Below, one piece after another: positions 63,326 through 64,000 of a DNA stretch of 64,000 nt (positions are counted from its first letter, which is position 1; every line of letters begins with the position of its first letter). The translations under genes were made by a program, and so were the position numbers. The DNA lies in NCBI RefSeq assembly GCF_006345805.1, contig NC_043001.1:45818001-45882000 (forward strand), written 5' to 3'. Source of the stretch: Octopus sinensis. Lineage: Eukaryota. The notes under the pieces were generated by a model, which saw nothing but the letters and a program-made list of their open reading frames with translations, had not been told where the DNA came from and made no database searches.

Positions 63326-63367
<42 letters not shown>

Positions 63368-63430
63368 ACACACACACTCACACACACACACACACACACA
63401 GACACACACACACACACACACATGCACACA
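63268..63430. repeat. (CA)n/(CACT)n microsatellite
   Basis: Direct inspection. Confidence 0.9.
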
Positions 63431-64000
63431 TATTGTTGACAGAGACTTTGAAGCTAGCCAAAACATCAAAGTTATTGTCAACACTATTCTTATATAGGAA
63501 TAATAAATTTGTACTCTACAAAAGCATAGAGTAACCCATCAGGTTAATGTAAAATTGCTTTTATTATAACTAAACATAAAAGCAAACATTAATATATATA
63601 TATATATATATATATAAACATTTAAATAATGAGGGAGATAAATTGAATATTAATTTAATTAATATCAATTTAAAACCAGTAGCCTAGCATACAAAAATCT
63701 GAAGAATCAGAGAATATATATATATATAAAATGAGATAGGGGTTGATGGTACTATGGTGGTGGTATTAACTTTATTGGCTTTTTGTGAAGTGACACATTT
63801 TAATATATTGAACTGTTTAATATATATGCCTGCATTGAGTGTGAGTGTGTCTGTTGTGGTTTCTTGATGTTGGCTGAGGAGCTGTGGCATTCAATATGGA
63901 ACATTATTGTGTTTATTGATGTATATTGATTTATATTGTTTATATTGTATTATTGTGTATTTGTATATATATGTAGGAATATGAGTATGTATGCACTCAT

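Overview
AT-rich eukaryotic DNA, dense in (TA)n/(CA)n/(CAT)n microsatellites and transposon relics. The SINE/RTE repertoire best fits an octopus (coleoid cephalopod) genome; this is inferred from recognition, not a database hit. Most ORF-track entries are microsatellite or TE artefacts. The one convincing host gene is on the + strand: five coding exons (43599-49916, all phase-0 GT-AG introns) encoding a 204-aa coiled-coil protein with a C-terminal C2H2 zinc finger. Retroelements: RTE LINEs of several families (one young 5'-truncated copy has an intact RT plus a PHD-like finger), CR1 fragments, a CRE-clade RLE relic, tRNA-headed SINEs, and Penelope-like fold-backs carrying degenerate type-I hammerhead ribozymes. 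DNA elements: DD37D maT copies, a DD36E Tc1, mariner/hAT/Merlin-like MITEs, Helitron pieces and a divergent CxxH-type DDE transposase relic. Highlights are the hidden gene, hammerhead motifs at three loci, a 43-nt locally templated insert in a hairpin loop, and a fold-back whose loop is tRNA-like. No CRISPR, rRNA or intact tRNA gene was found. Coordinates of decayed repeats are approximate.
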